A stretch of DNA of 51,961 bases from a virus: positions 1 through 51,961 of IMG/VR virus record IMGVR_UViG_3300002035_000003. The stretch is one strand, 5' to 3'. A program made the translations under genes and the position numbers. How positions within the stretch are numbered: position 1 is the first letter of the stretch; each line of letters opens with the position of its first letter. A model generated the notes under the pieces. That model saw nothing but the letters and a program-made list of their open reading frames with translations. It did no database searches and was not told the origin of the DNA. Positions 1 through 9,237 of this stretch are shown here, one piece after another.

Positions 1-24
1 GGTGAAGAGGGTGAAGAGGGTGAA
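1..24. repeat. 24-nt terminal duplication (identical to 51938-51961); itself built from GGTGAAGAG units
   Basis: ggtgaagagggtgaagagggtgaa occurs at both ends of the window. Confidence 0.95.
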
Positions 25-177
25 TTGGAACCCGGTACACCCGTTGTTGATTTTGCCACTTGTATAGCTGCTGGTGGTGACCCCGTAAATACTGATGGGT
101 TTGTCATGGCCTCTGCTTCTGACGGCATTTATTCTCGTTGCTCTGACGGTTCTGGTGGAACCATAACTGAGTTTTAG
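1..177 (+). CDS. 3' end (58 codons) of the wrap-around lipoprotein gene whose 5' part is 51257..51961
   Basis: Frame 1 is open from base 1 to TAG 175-177. Bases 1-24 repeat 51938-51961 in the same codon phase as the ORF opened at ATG 51257. Confidence 0.7.
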   Translation, partial: GEEGEEGELEPGTPVVDFATCIAAGGDPVNTDGFVMASASDGIYSRCSDGSGGTITEF

Positions 178-178
178 T

Positions 179-592
179 ATGATTAGCTGGATACTTGGAA
201 AAGTAGCGCCTAAGGCAGTGTTATATGTTGCCTTAGGCTTATTAGCTACTAATGGGATTCAGTTTGTATCTTGTAAATTAAAACTTGCATCTATGCAGCG
301 CAGTTTAGATGCTAAAGTTCAAGAGTTTGTTGACCTTGCTGTTAAAGAATCACATGCGCAAAGAGACTTAATAGTAGCGGCCGGTGCAAGGCAAACTTTA
401 CAAGATAAACTGACTAAACAAGAACAAAGAAATGCCACACTATCAGAGATAGCGGATAGGCGAGATAAGCGTCGTGAAGATTGGCGCCAAGAAGCCTATA
501 AGTGGAAAAGTAAATACAACCGGGAGAGATGTGATGAAAATGACGAAATTTGTCTTCAGTGGGGTTCTGCTGATTATCGCGGTGACGGTTAG
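179..592 (+). CDS. i-spanin (Rz-like inner-membrane spanin subunit)
   Basis: N-terminal hydrophobic segment AVLYVALGLLATNGIQFV followed by a charged coiled-coil-like region. It sits downstream of the endolysin, and its 3' end overlaps a lipoprotein ORF. Confidence 0.6.
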   Translation: MISWILGKVAPKAVLYVALGLLATNGIQFVSCKLKLASMQRSLDAKVQEFVDLAVKESHAQRDLIVAAGARQTLQDKLTKQEQRNATLSEIADRRDKRREDWRQEAYKWKSKYNRERCDENDEICLQWGSADYRGDG

Positions 593-914
593 TGCGTGTA
601 ATGGCCCAAGGTTCAAGAAACCAGAAATAGTACCGACAGCAATTGAGACTACTACAGTAGAAGTATGTACGATAGGTTCATTCTTAAGAACCATACCTGA
701 TCTACCTGAAAAACCTAAGCCTGAGCAAGGTAAAACTTTTCCTACTAATAAACAAATTGATAAGTATTACAAGTTTGATATTGGTAAACAGTGGACTTGT
801 GATATGGTTTGTGTTGCTGCAGATATTTTATTTACTTGTGGTGAAGGTCAGCAGGAATTACTGAATGTACCTAGTCAATGCATTAATGAAGCTGGTCAAT
901 TAGAATGCGGCTAA
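534..914 (+). CDS. o-spanin (Rz1-like outer-membrane lipoprotein), overlapped architecture
   Basis: ATG 534 lies after gggagaga. Signal peptide with lipobox: MKMTKFVFSGVLLIIAVTVSAC. It starts inside the i-spanin in another frame and extends beyond it. Confidence 0.6.
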   Translation: MKMTKFVFSGVLLIIAVTVSACNGPRFKKPEIVPTAIETTTVEVCTIGSFLRTIPDLPEKPKPEQGKTFPTNKQIDKYYKFDIGKQWTCDMVCVAADILFTCGEGQQELLNVPSQCINEAGQLECG

Positions 915-1072
915 TACTTTAGCTTATCAATATTTAATTCTCTGACCTTTTTCTCGGCGCTAGATGAGCTATCATAGGCTTTAATCAATTTTGGCATATT
1001 TACACCCTTGCATTCTAAAACCTCGTGTTTTTTAGTGCTTGGGTTGTATCTTATTCTATAAGTTATATTCAT
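911..1072 (-). CDS. small hypothetical protein (53 aa, below the ORF-track cutoff)
   Basis: Hand translation gives MNITYRIRYNPSTKKHEVLECKGVNMPKLIKAYDSSSSAEKKVRELNIDKLKY. The ATG lies 1 nt downstream of the stop of the upstream minus-strand gene. Confidence 0.3.
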   Translation of the reverse strand: MNITYRIRYNPSTKKHEVLECKGVNMPKLIKAYDSSSSAEKKVRELNIDKLKY

Positions 1073-1073
1073 G

Positions 1074-1376
1074 TTAAGTCAACAATGATTCTAATTTTGT
1101 TAATGGCGCATTTTGACCTATTAGGGAATCTAGCCAATGATTGGCAACGGCTCCTTGTTTAGGGCACCAGGCTTCCCGTATTATATAGTCAATACCAAAT
1201 TTTTCAATGGCTAATACAACATCAGCATCAATATCTTTACAGAAATTTCTAGCTTCAAGGTACTCATTAAATAACCAAGGCGCCTTATTCTTTTTTTTAG
1301 TAAATACTAAAGTACTCGCTAAGGATTCAACATAAAGGCCCTTACTAGAATTGTATACCACGTAATTAAACATCAT
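1074..1376 (-). CDS. hypothetical protein
   Basis: ORF tightly packed in the minus-strand operon; overlaps its upstream neighbour. Confidence 0.5.
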   Translation of the reverse strand: MMFNYVVYNSSKGLYVESLASTLVFTKKKNKAPWLFNEYLEARNFCKDIDADVVLAIEKFGIDYIIREAWCPKQGAVANHWLDSLIGQNAPLTKLESLLT

Positions 1377-1572
1377 TATTCCTCACTCTCATTTTAGCTA
1401 TCTTCTTAGCAGCTTCCTTAACGGGTATTCGGACCTCAGAAAGTAACTGATTATAGATTTCTGTTAGTGCTTGACCGCATTCTTTACTGCAATATTTAGA
1501 CCAGGCGCGAGAAGCTCTGTATTGCTTACCACAAGCTTCACACTGTTTATCCTCATACTTTTTAGTGCCCAT
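1366..1572 (-). CDS. small zinc-ribbon protein
   Basis: CEACGKQY...CSKECG gives two CxxC pairs. Confidence 0.5.
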   Translation of the reverse strand: MGTKKYEDKQCEACGKQYRASRAWSKYCSKECGQALTEIYNQLLSEVRIPVKEAAKKIAKMRVRNNDV

Positions 1573-1585
1573 AATAAATAACCCC

Positions 1586-2038
1586 TTAGAAATGATCTAT
1601 CCCGTTTATTTGCCTGGGTTTTGCTTGTCTTTTGACTAGATAATCTAGTATTGAAGAATCCAGCTTACCGAAGAAAACTTTATCACACCAGGTAAAAGAA
1701 TCTTTTTGTAGTGTTTCATTAATGGCCATGATATTTTCATATGGTATTAACATAAAAATATCTCCCAGCTGGTGCAATACGAAGCAGTTGCCTGCTGCTC
1801 TGCCCCTTTTTATTAGCCAGGGTTTTTGTTCCTTTCTGAGTTTAGTCTTATACTCAACCGGGAAGCAATCATCATACTTTAACTCTATCCACCCATTTAC
1901 GTTGTCAATACCAAATGACACATCAGGTATCCCATTTGAGTAAGCATCCTCATGTCTTTGTAAATGAAATTCTTTACCGGCTTCATTGAAAATTGTTTTT
2001 AACTTTTCAAATAATTTAACTTCGCTCATGACTTCCAC
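1586..2038 (-). CDS. PD-(D/E)XK nuclease, VRR-NUC-like
   Basis: GIPDVSF...NGWIELKYD fits the D...ExK nuclease motif; sits in the replication-module context. Confidence 0.5.
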   Translation of the reverse strand: MEVMSEVKLFEKLKTIFNEAGKEFHLQRHEDAYSNGIPDVSFGIDNVNGWIELKYDDCFPVEYKTKLRKEQKPWLIKRGRAAGNCFVLHQLGDIFMLIPYENIMAINETLQKDSFTWCDKVFFGKLDSSILDYLVKRQAKPRQINGIDHF

Positions 2039-2268
2039 CTTATCCAGCCACGGCGCAAGTCTTTTACATCAGTTAAAGCAGCAGTATATTCTCGATAATT
2101 TTCCCAGTCATCACCACAGTTATAAACAACTCGAACCTTGTCTTTAGTAATGTCACTAGTCTGGTCTGGTACTTCTTTGACTATACCGTTTTCATATTCC
2201 ACTGCTTCCAAGTGACCTGGCGCATAATGAACTTCGTCACCTACTTTTACACTGTTTATGTTTATCAT
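2026..2268 (-). CDS. hypothetical protein
   Basis: ORF coupled by overlaps to both neighbours. Confidence 0.45.
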   Translation of the reverse strand: MININSVKVGDEVHYAPGHLEAVEYENGIVKEVPDQTSDITKDKVRVVYNCGDDWENYREYTAALTDVKDLRRGWIRWKS

Positions 2269-4124
2269 AATTTAAAATCCTCGATGTCACCCCAGTTAGA
2301 ACCGCGTTCTGCATCTACAAGAATAGGAACTCTCAGTTGAAATGCTTGTTCCATGATATGTTTAACTTCTCTCATGGCTTCTAGTACTTCCGGTGTTCTA
2401 GGTGATGAAAAGTCTAATTCATCATGAACCGTCAGTAATGGAACACCAACTACGTCACATACCCCAGACTCCCAAACATCTACCATAGCTTTCTTAGTTA
2501 TATCAGCTGAACCACCTTGACAGATAGAGTTTACAGCTACATAAGTAAACGCCCTTTTTATCCCAGGCCCCCACTTTTCTTTAGCTTCGTCATACGACAG
2601 AGGTGAAAATTTACCCCATTTTCGTGGCTCCCATTTTTCGTACCGGCGACGTCGCCCGGATAATGTTTTCACGTACCCATTTTTTTGTGCACTTTTAGAA
2701 GCTCTATCCATTAAATCCTGCATGAAAGGAACCATGCGCACATACTTTTTCTTCAAGCGCCTTGCTTCAAGCTCTGTTACACCCAGGTCCTTGGCTAATT
2801 TGGCAATACCCATGCCATAAATCATTCCAAAGTTAATATTTTTTGCGGGCTTTCTAGCAATACCCATGATATCGGCAACTACCTGGTGGAAGTCTAACTC
2901 TGGGTTTTCCGCGTACTGTCGTCTAACCTCGACTGCACTATCACCTTTACCATAGTGACAAGCTATTCTATACTCAACTGATGAATAATCTAGTTTCCAC
3001 CAATCATGACCTTCATCAGCCATATACAATGAACGCATATCTTTTTCAGATGGGATATTTTGAAGGTTTGGGTTAGATGAACTAAAGCGCCCAGAAACTG
3101 TACCATACTCATCCCCACGTAATTGATTGAACATACAGTGTATTCGCCCATCAACAACATAATCCATCACGTAACCTTTAATAAAGGTGTTGACCATTTT
3201 AGTTTTATGCTTAAGGTCCTTAATAGTCTGCGCAATTGGGTGATCAACAGTTTTCATAAAGTCAGCTGCGAAACTGGGTTGACCTTTTGGATGAGTTTTG
3301 CTAGGTGGTGTTCTACCATATTCTAGCCCCAGGTTATCAAAAACTTTCACCAGGTCAGCATTAGCATCAACGTTAACTTCAAACCCACCAATTTCATTTA
3401 ACTGGTTTTGATAAGTAATAATGTCCTGACCATATGAATCAATATAAAAATTAGCTTTATCTGTATCTACTTTTACACCGCGTACTCGCATCGCTAGTAG
3501 CATTGGTATTAGCCTGGTTTCAATATCAAAAACAGTCCATAGGTCTTCTTCAGTTAATACTTTTTGTTGCTCATCCCATATTCTTAAGGGTAATTCCACG
3601 TCACTTATAGCGTATGGTTCAACTATCTCAGGAGGACATCGCCAAATATTACCAGCTTGTTTTCTGCCGGCTTTACCACCAAAATGCATTGCGCAATATT
3701 CATATAGCTCTTCATCAGTTTTACCAACACCTAGATATTTATTGGCTAGCTTATCTAAGGAATAACCCGTAAAAGCATTTTCATCAATTAACGGTTCAGC
3801 AACCTGAATATCGATTATTCTGCCGTTAACTTTTACACCAGAATGTTGCAGGTAATCTAAGTCATATAGAGCATTAGTAAATACCTTGTCGCAGTCAGTA
3901 CTGAAATTATCAGCGGCCCAAGCCATAACCTGGTCTTTATCAAGATTATTTCCTTGCGCATGATCGAACGGAAAATACCAAGCAGCATCATCTGTTGCAA
4001 CAGAAATACCCACCATATACCCACCAGTTCTTATAGAAGGACCCGTAGTAAGTAAGTTTGGGTCTTTTGTTTCGGTGTCTATGCATAGTCTTTTGGCGTT
4101 TTTTAAATTAGGTAAGTCTGTCAT
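2265..4124 (-). CDS. family A DNA polymerase with 3'-5' exonuclease domain
   Basis: ExoI CIDTET. Motif A DYSSVEYRIACH. Motif B RKPAKNINFGMIYGMG. Motif C TVHDELDF. Confidence 0.92.
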   Translation of the reverse strand: MTDLPNLKNAKRLCIDTETKDPNLLTTGPSIRTGGYMVGISVATDDAAWYFPFDHAQGNNLDKDQVMAWAADNFSTDCDKVFTNALYDLDYLQHSGVKVNGRIIDIQVAEPLIDENAFTGYSLDKLANKYLGVGKTDEELYEYCAMHFGGKAGRKQAGNIWRCPPEIVEPYAISDVELPLRIWDEQQKVLTEEDLWTVFDIETRLIPMLLAMRVRGVKVDTDKANFYIDSYGQDIITYQNQLNEIGGFEVNVDANADLVKVFDNLGLEYGRTPPSKTHPKGQPSFAADFMKTVDHPIAQTIKDLKHKTKMVNTFIKGYVMDYVVDGRIHCMFNQLRGDEYGTVSGRFSSSNPNLQNIPSEKDMRSLYMADEGHDWWKLDYSSVEYRIACHYGKGDSAVEVRRQYAENPELDFHQVVADIMGIARKPAKNINFGMIYGMGIAKLAKDLGVTELEARRLKKKYVRMVPFMQDLMDRASKSAQKNGYVKTLSGRRRRYEKWEPRKWGKFSPLSYDEAKEKWGPGIKRAFTYVAVNSICQGGSADITKKAMVDVWESGVCDVVGVPLLTVHDELDFSSPRTPEVLEAMREVKHIMEQAFQLRVPILVDAERGSNWGDIEDFKL

Positions 4125-4128
4125 TTTA

Positions 4129-4599
4129 TCAATTATACGGGGGGTGGGTTAGTGGGATTTTACCCATTATTGCTTGCTCTATATTAACTAGCCGCCTGCC
4201 TTCACGACTACTTTCCCAAAAATCTTTTACCTCTTGGTTATAGTGCTTTGCTTCATCATAAATTATTATTGCACAACCCGTATTAGATAACAATTTAGCG
4301 CATATTAAGCATGGGGATGTCGTCACGTATGCTGCACTAACTAATCGGGTATCCGAGCACTGTAAAAGTGCATTTTGTTCGGCATGAATCGCATGACAGT
4401 GGTCTGCTACTCTACCCGGGCAAGGAGTTTCAAGGCTACAGTGTTTTACCCCACTGGGCACACCATTGTAACCAGTACTCAAAACTTTAAAGTCTTTATC
4501 AATAAGAACGCACCCAACCTTTCTATCTGGGCATGTGGCTCGTTGCGAAATGTCATACGCAACTTGCATATACACTTCATGAAAGGTTGGGCGTGTCAT
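4129..4599 (-). CDS. dCMP deaminase
   Basis: Zinc-binding motifs HAIHAEQNA and SPCLICAKL (HAE / PCxxC). Confidence 0.88.
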   Translation of the reverse strand: MTRPTFHEVYMQVAYDISQRATCPDRKVGCVLIDKDFKVLSTGYNGVPSGVKHCSLETPCPGRVADHCHAIHAEQNALLQCSDTRLVSAAYVTTSPCLICAKLLSNTGCAIIIYDEAKHYNQEVKDFWESSREGRRLVNIEQAIMGKIPLTHPPYN

Positions 4600-4625
4600 A
4601 GTGGTCTCCTTCTAAAACTAGGCTC

Positions 4626-5405
4626 TTATTCGAACTCGTCTTTTTCGTCCGAAGTTGTTTGTGCTGATTCACCTGCGTCATTATCTGCGGAGTAATCAAC
4701 GTTTGCTTTACCAGAATCAACTAACGCAGCAAATTCTTTAGCCGCTACATAAAGTTCAGCGTCTTCGATACGCTGGGGGGTTCCAGAAATTTGAACGCCT
4801 TTCCAGGTGCCTTTATCATTGCTTTCTGTTGCAGTTTCTAAGGTCCAGATATTCGCAAAGCGGGGTGGTGTGAATTTACCATTAGCTCCATCAAATTTGA
4901 TGTTAGAGCCCATAGTATTCCAGGTTTTTGATTTTTTAATCTGTGTAGATTTAAATGACATTAGCACGGGTTGCGGGCCACTTTCTGTTATGACAAGCAT
5001 AAAGTGGTTTCGGGTATCAAAAACTTCATTACCGGCTTCGGTAATACCACGACCTGAATCATCTTTAGGCAGTGAATTAAAAGTTTCTAAATCAACTACG
5101 CCAACCAAACCACCTTGGTCAGGTTGCCATTCTAAAAATGTACGTTCATAGAAACAATCAACAACTTGGACCGATGAACCAAGAAGCTCACCAGTAGCTG
5201 AATTGAAAAACATACCAACCTTAGCATCTTTGTTGTAGGCAGGTTCATCTTCATCTACTATGGGACTTGTTTTCTGCACAATGCGCAGAAATGGCATCAC
5301 GAAATCATCTTGCCCTAAATTGTCATATCCTTGTGAAGCATCAGCTTCCATATCCATGATGGCAAGTTGTTTGTTTTTATCTTCAGCTAGTTCTTTTTTA
5401 GCCAT
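4626..5405 (-). CDS. putative ssDNA-binding / recombination-associated protein
   Basis: Sits between the helicase and the polymerase. Very acidic C-terminal tail ...SDEKDEFE, as in T7 gp2.5-type SSBs. No diagnostic motif recognised. Confidence 0.35.
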   Translation of the reverse strand: MAKKELAEDKNKQLAIMDMEADASQGYDNLGQDDFVMPFLRIVQKTSPIVDEDEPAYNKDAKVGMFFNSATGELLGSSVQVVDCFYERTFLEWQPDQGGLVGVVDLETFNSLPKDDSGRGITEAGNEVFDTRNHFMLVITESGPQPVLMSFKSTQIKKSKTWNTMGSNIKFDGANGKFTPPRFANIWTLETATESNDKGTWKGVQISGTPQRIEDAELYVAAKEFAALVDSGKANVDYSADNDAGESAQTTSDEKDEFE

Positions 5406-5449
5406 GAGTAATTACCTCGATTAAAGTTAAATTATTAAAGGGGTTGTGG

Positions 5450-6025
5450 TTATTTAATAACCGTTTTGTGGAAAGGAAAGTAATTAAAAGACTCAGGAAC
5501 TGCTGTACCCTGCTCAGTTAATTTACGAATTGTAGATTTTAGTGTTGACGCATGTACTGCGCGCTTTTCACTAAATTCTAGATCGTGTTGCAACAGTAAT
5601 TTTCTGGTGTCATCAATTTCAGATTGTTCATCTTTACCATACACCAAGTTGAAATTACTTTTAATCACAGCACCTAATTGGTGCTGTTCAAGGAATTCAA
5701 AACACTGCTTTTCTTGACCCTTTTTAATACTAACAGCAAGGTCTGGTTTAACAGAAATATTAACACCGTTGTCAAGAGTAAATTTCTGGATGTTACCCAT
5801 TTGAGTAAACACTTCTGGTATTTCAACAGTTGATAGTTGACGTAGCTCGGCGTTTTTTGACTTGAGTTTTTTATCTAATTCAGCAATTTCTTCTTCAAGG
5901 TTCCTGTGTCGTGTCACCAGGCTCATTAAATCTGTGACTTTATCAGAAGAGGGTAAATCTACTTCACCTGACGCACCTGCATCGGCCGCCATTAACTCAT
6001 CAAGCGATTGGGCTTTATCATTCAT
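5450..6025 (-). CDS. hypothetical protein with N-terminal coiled coil
   Basis: ORF in the replication operon; heptad-like LEEEIAELDKKLKSKNAELRQL. Confidence 0.45.
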   Translation of the reverse strand: MNDKAQSLDELMAADAGASGEVDLPSSDKVTDLMSLVTRHRNLEEEIAELDKKLKSKNAELRQLSTVEIPEVFTQMGNIQKFTLDNGVNISVKPDLAVSIKKGQEKQCFEFLEQHQLGAVIKSNFNLVYGKDEQSEIDDTRKLLLQHDLEFSEKRAVHASTLKSTIRKLTEQGTAVPESFNYFPFHKTVIK

Positions 6026-6069
6026 TTTAAATTCCTCAATTTAAAGTTATTAGGTATTTCAAGATTAGT

Positions 6070-6099
6070 ATTCTACTACAGTAAAATACTAATGTACAA
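6070..6099 (-). promoter_or_regulatory. candidate sigma70-type promoter inside the minus-strand block
   Basis: The minus strand reads AAGTAAAAAACATTTGTAC-N18-TAGAAT. It resembles the plus-strand early promoters, which also begin AAGTAAAAAA at the stop of the upstream gene. A 9-bp inverted repeat (6064-6072 / 6085-6093) overlaps it. Confidence 0.35.
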
Positions 6100-6106
6100 A
6101 TGTTTT

Positions 6107-7543
6107 TTACTTAGTTTGTAACCAAGAACAAGATGGGTCTTTTAATATGATGTCGGATAAATCACGTTTCAACTTTAAATTTTCCAATACCTTTAAGTCA
6201 ATAGTTTCACGCATCACAAGATCAATGTATAGCACTTTGTTTGTCTGCCCGATACGATGAGACCTATCCTCAGATTGTCTGCGAACTTCTAATTCATAGG
6301 AGTTCGAGTAATAAACCTGGGTTACTGCTTCCAGGAATGTTAAACCAATACCCACTACCTTTGGGTTAGCTACCATTACATCTATTTGATCATCATTTCT
6401 GAATCTATCAAATAACACGCTTCTCTTACTTTTGGGGGTTTCTCCATAAACCAGAATTGCTCTTTTGCCCAACGCTTTTTGAATAGCCTTCATTTCATCA
6501 ACGAAACGTGCCCAAATTATAACTTTACCCGTACTTGTATAATCATCAATATTATCAGTAACCCATTTTAATTTAGGGTTATCTTTTATAGGTTCATTCT
6601 GTTTGGCAAATCCACCAGTAATCCTGCTCAAATGTAGCAGTTGTTCTAGTACAGTACCGGCAGAAACCAGGCCACCCTCAAACATGTAAAGTAATTCATC
6701 CCTCATGGCTATGTACATGCGCTTTTGAGTAGCAGACATGTCCAATTCCATTAACTGATACACCTTATCTGGTAAATCTAAACAATCTTGTTTTAGCACT
6801 CGATATGATACACCAGAAATAATTTCTGACATTTGATCAAGTCTACGATAACCTACAGGGAATTTTTGTACCACATCCATGCCAGATTTAGTCTTGACAA
6901 CTTTTTCTTTCATGATTGCGTATGTAGCCCTAAAAGCAATATAGGGCATATCAAAAATACTCGGTGATAAAAACTGAAACTGAGACCAGGCAGCAAGCGG
7001 CTTTCTATCAAAAGGTGTACCAGTGGCTATTCTCCTAGCTGTAAACTGAGGACCAAATTTCAACATGCGCTTGGTTACTTTGGCTGTTGGATTTGCTATC
7101 CTGGTCGATTCGTCTATTACACAAAGTACCTTGAATGATTTTATTAAATGCTTTATTACTGTATCAGCTTTCGGCCAGATTACTCCTTCAATATTTACAG
7201 CAACTATTTTTAGTACGCTAGGGTCATCATTTTGTATGACTTCCATCAAATGCCGCTCCTCCTTCTTTTTCATACTGCTCCTGAAAGTAGCAGAAACATA
7301 TTTATCATCATCCACAGATAAATGTTTAGGAATCTCTTGTTCTATCCAATTAGCATGTACTTCATTTGGCGCGATTATTAAAAGACAATTTATTAGCCCT
7401 TCATGGAATAGGTAAGCGGCATGCCCCAATTCCATGTGACTTTTTCCCGTGCCCTGTTCACACAGGTTAGCCATAAATATTTTTCGTTTGTATTTATCAA
7501 AATATTTGGCTTGGTGCTTAAACGGTTTAGTCTTGAACTTCAT
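6107..7543 (-). CDS. SNF2-family (SF2) helicase/ATPase
   Basis: Walker A CEQGTGKS, DExx box VIDEST, motif VI QSEDRSHRIGQ. Confidence 0.88.
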   Translation of the reverse strand: MKFKTKPFKHQAKYFDKYKRKIFMANLCEQGTGKSHMELGHAAYLFHEGLINCLLIIAPNEVHANWIEQEIPKHLSVDDDKYVSATFRSSMKKKEERHLMEVIQNDDPSVLKIVAVNIEGVIWPKADTVIKHLIKSFKVLCVIDESTRIANPTAKVTKRMLKFGPQFTARRIATGTPFDRKPLAAWSQFQFLSPSIFDMPYIAFRATYAIMKEKVVKTKSGMDVVQKFPVGYRRLDQMSEIISGVSYRVLKQDCLDLPDKVYQLMELDMSATQKRMYIAMRDELLYMFEGGLVSAGTVLEQLLHLSRITGGFAKQNEPIKDNPKLKWVTDNIDDYTSTGKVIIWARFVDEMKAIQKALGKRAILVYGETPKSKRSVLFDRFRNDDQIDVMVANPKVVGIGLTFLEAVTQVYYSNSYELEVRRQSEDRSHRIGQTNKVLYIDLVMRETIDLKVLENLKLKRDLSDIILKDPSCSWLQTK

Positions 7544-7757
7544 TATCTACAGTCCCATCTTCTTTTACTTTTTTAAGCTTATAGTCTTTATATGGGTCTT
7601 CGTTTGATCTGTGCTTTCGCAAGATCATTTGATAATTAAGATCATGGGTATCACAATATTTTTGCAGGCTCTCTACAAAAATTTCTTCACCAGAAGGGAG
7701 AGTAAGTTTCCACCGTGGCTTACCGTGGTCCCAAACTTTAATTTTATTATCGGCCAT
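7527..7757 (-). CDS. hypothetical protein
   Basis: ORF overlapping the helicase start. Confidence 0.45.
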   Translation of the reverse strand: MADNKIKVWDHGKPRWKLTLPSGEEIFVESLQKYCDTHDLNYQMILRKHRSNEDPYKDYKLKKVKEDGTVDNEVQD

Positions 7758-7767
7758 TTTATTTACC

Positions 7768-8643
7768 CTAAACTGCTACTGGAGCAGGAATTTTACCCAT
7801 TGATTCATAGCCACTTAAGCTTATTCTTTCTGGGTAATCAAGTGTTGTTTGTAAGAAAGTATCTAGCGACGTAAAATCAATTGCATCGTCAAATACTAAT
7901 TGAGTATCAGAAAATAAAACCTTACCAGGGCCATTTTCAAAATTATATATTTGCTTCTCAACTTGTTCATGATGGTTATCATAAATATGGCAATCGCCAC
8001 CAGTCCATACAAAGGCTCCTGGGGTTTTACCAGTTATACGGGCTAAGATGCATAAGAGCAAAGAGTATAACGTTAAATCAAAGGGTACACCCAAAAACAT
8101 ATCGCATGATCGTTGATGCATCATTAAATCAAGTGTATTTCCCCTTACAAAAGTTTGAAAGGTATAATGACAAGGAGGCAATTTCATATCGGCTAATTGC
8201 CCAGGATTCCAAGCAGTAACTAGTTGCCTACGATCATTTGGGTTATCATTTATAGTATTAATTAACTGTTTTAATTGATCTACTGAATATCCCCGCCCTA
8301 TGCCATCAGTTACTCTGAATCCATGCCTCCACTGATAGCCATATATAGGACCTAAGTTACCGTCAGCGTCTGCCCACTCGTTCCAGTATTTAACACCGTG
8401 TTTTAATAGATAATCCGTGTTTGACCCACCATTCATCATCCAAAGCAATTCAACTACGATACCTTTAAAAAATATTTCCTTAGATCGATTTATTTGAAAA
8501 GCTGATTCAGAAACATTCAACCTTATTACGTCACCAAATATTTTTGTAGTACCAACCCCAGTTCTATCGTCATTGACTTTATAGCCACCGATTAATATTT
8601 TTTTAAATGAATCTACTAACTGGCGATCGATGTTGGTTTGCAT
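7768..8643 (-). CDS. thyA: thymidylate synthase (ThyA family; a dUMP-hydroxymethylase variant is not excluded)
   Basis: DRTGVGT, catalytic LPPCHYTFQ, RSCDMFLGVPFD, C-terminus IPAPVAV. The start is set at ATG 8643 (MQTNIDRQ...) rather than the track's TTG at 8655. Confidence 0.88.
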   Translation of the reverse strand: MQTNIDRQLVDSFKKILIGGYKVNDDRTGVGTTKIFGDVIRLNVSESAFQINRSKEIFFKGIVVELLWMMNGGSNTDYLLKHGVKYWNEWADADGNLGPIYGYQWRHGFRVTDGIGRGYSVDQLKQLINTINDNPNDRRQLVTAWNPGQLADMKLPPCHYTFQTFVRGNTLDLMMHQRSCDMFLGVPFDLTLYSLLLCILARITGKTPGAFVWTGGDCHIYDNHHEQVEKQIYNFENGPGKVLFSDTQLVFDDAIDFTSLDTFLQTTLDYPERISLSGYESMGKIPAPVAV

Positions 8644-8655
8644 AATATTTATCAA

Positions 8656-9237
8656 GGTTGTTGGTTTTATTTATTAACAGCTCTAAGCAGACCCGACTTA
8701 AACGGTCTCTTTATCGGTACTCTTAATTTACTTTTACTACTGGCACAGGTCGTACGCGCCCTATCAGTCATACTAAGTAAATGATAGCGTTTCGCTTGGC
8801 TGTCATAACTCTACTTTTCTATAAACTATTCAGTAACCAGCCCTGAGAGCTTCACCCATTGCAGGCTTTCTTCTGCGTTAACTTGCTCGTTCTGTTACCA
8901 CCCAATCCTAAGACATTTCTGCCCCAACCAGGAATTAAGTACCATACCCTATTAACAAGTAACCGTTTAATCACGCTAATCTTGAAGCCGATTCTGCTCT
9001 GGCCTCAGGGCTCGTAACTCAATAGTTTATTACGTTAGTACCACAGGTTTGCTGCTACCGGTATCGCACAACCTAACTATGATAACTACGAATGGAATAT
9101 TTTTGTGCGCAGGTATTACCATCATTCTTACCCACGAGAAGAATACTACTGTAAAAATAAGTTTATGTAAACTGTTTATTATTTTTTATTTTACGTGTAG
9201 AATGATATTCCCTTATAACTTAAATAACGTACTTATT
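8656..9237. other. 580-bp ORF-free divergent intergenic region
   Basis: No plausible ORF in any frame, although base composition looks coding-like rather than AT-rich. Only the last ~70 bp looks like an AT-rich promoter, with TAGAAT at 9198-9203. Confidence 0.6.

Noticed and set aside
8840-9013. A 9-bp long-range inverted repeat (AGCCCTGAG / CTCAGGGCT) as evidence for a folded RNA in the ORF-free region
   Set aside because: By my estimate, about 0.6 perfect 9-mer inverted repeats are expected by chance in 580 bp. Alone it is not evidence.
9049-9237. N-terminal 63-codon extension of the kinase-fusion ORF (the track starts it at TTG 9049; an in-frame ATG lies at 9079), which would add hydrophobic segments
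   Set aside because: The extension runs through an AT-rich promoter-like stretch with TAGAAT at 9198. It has no RBS, and the recognisable pyrophosphatase domain starts right at ATG 9238.
7768-9237. A group I intron or split thyA, by analogy with T4 td
   Set aside because: The ThyA ORF is full-length and colinear with bacterial ThyA from MQTN... to ...IPAPVAV. Nothing needs splicing.
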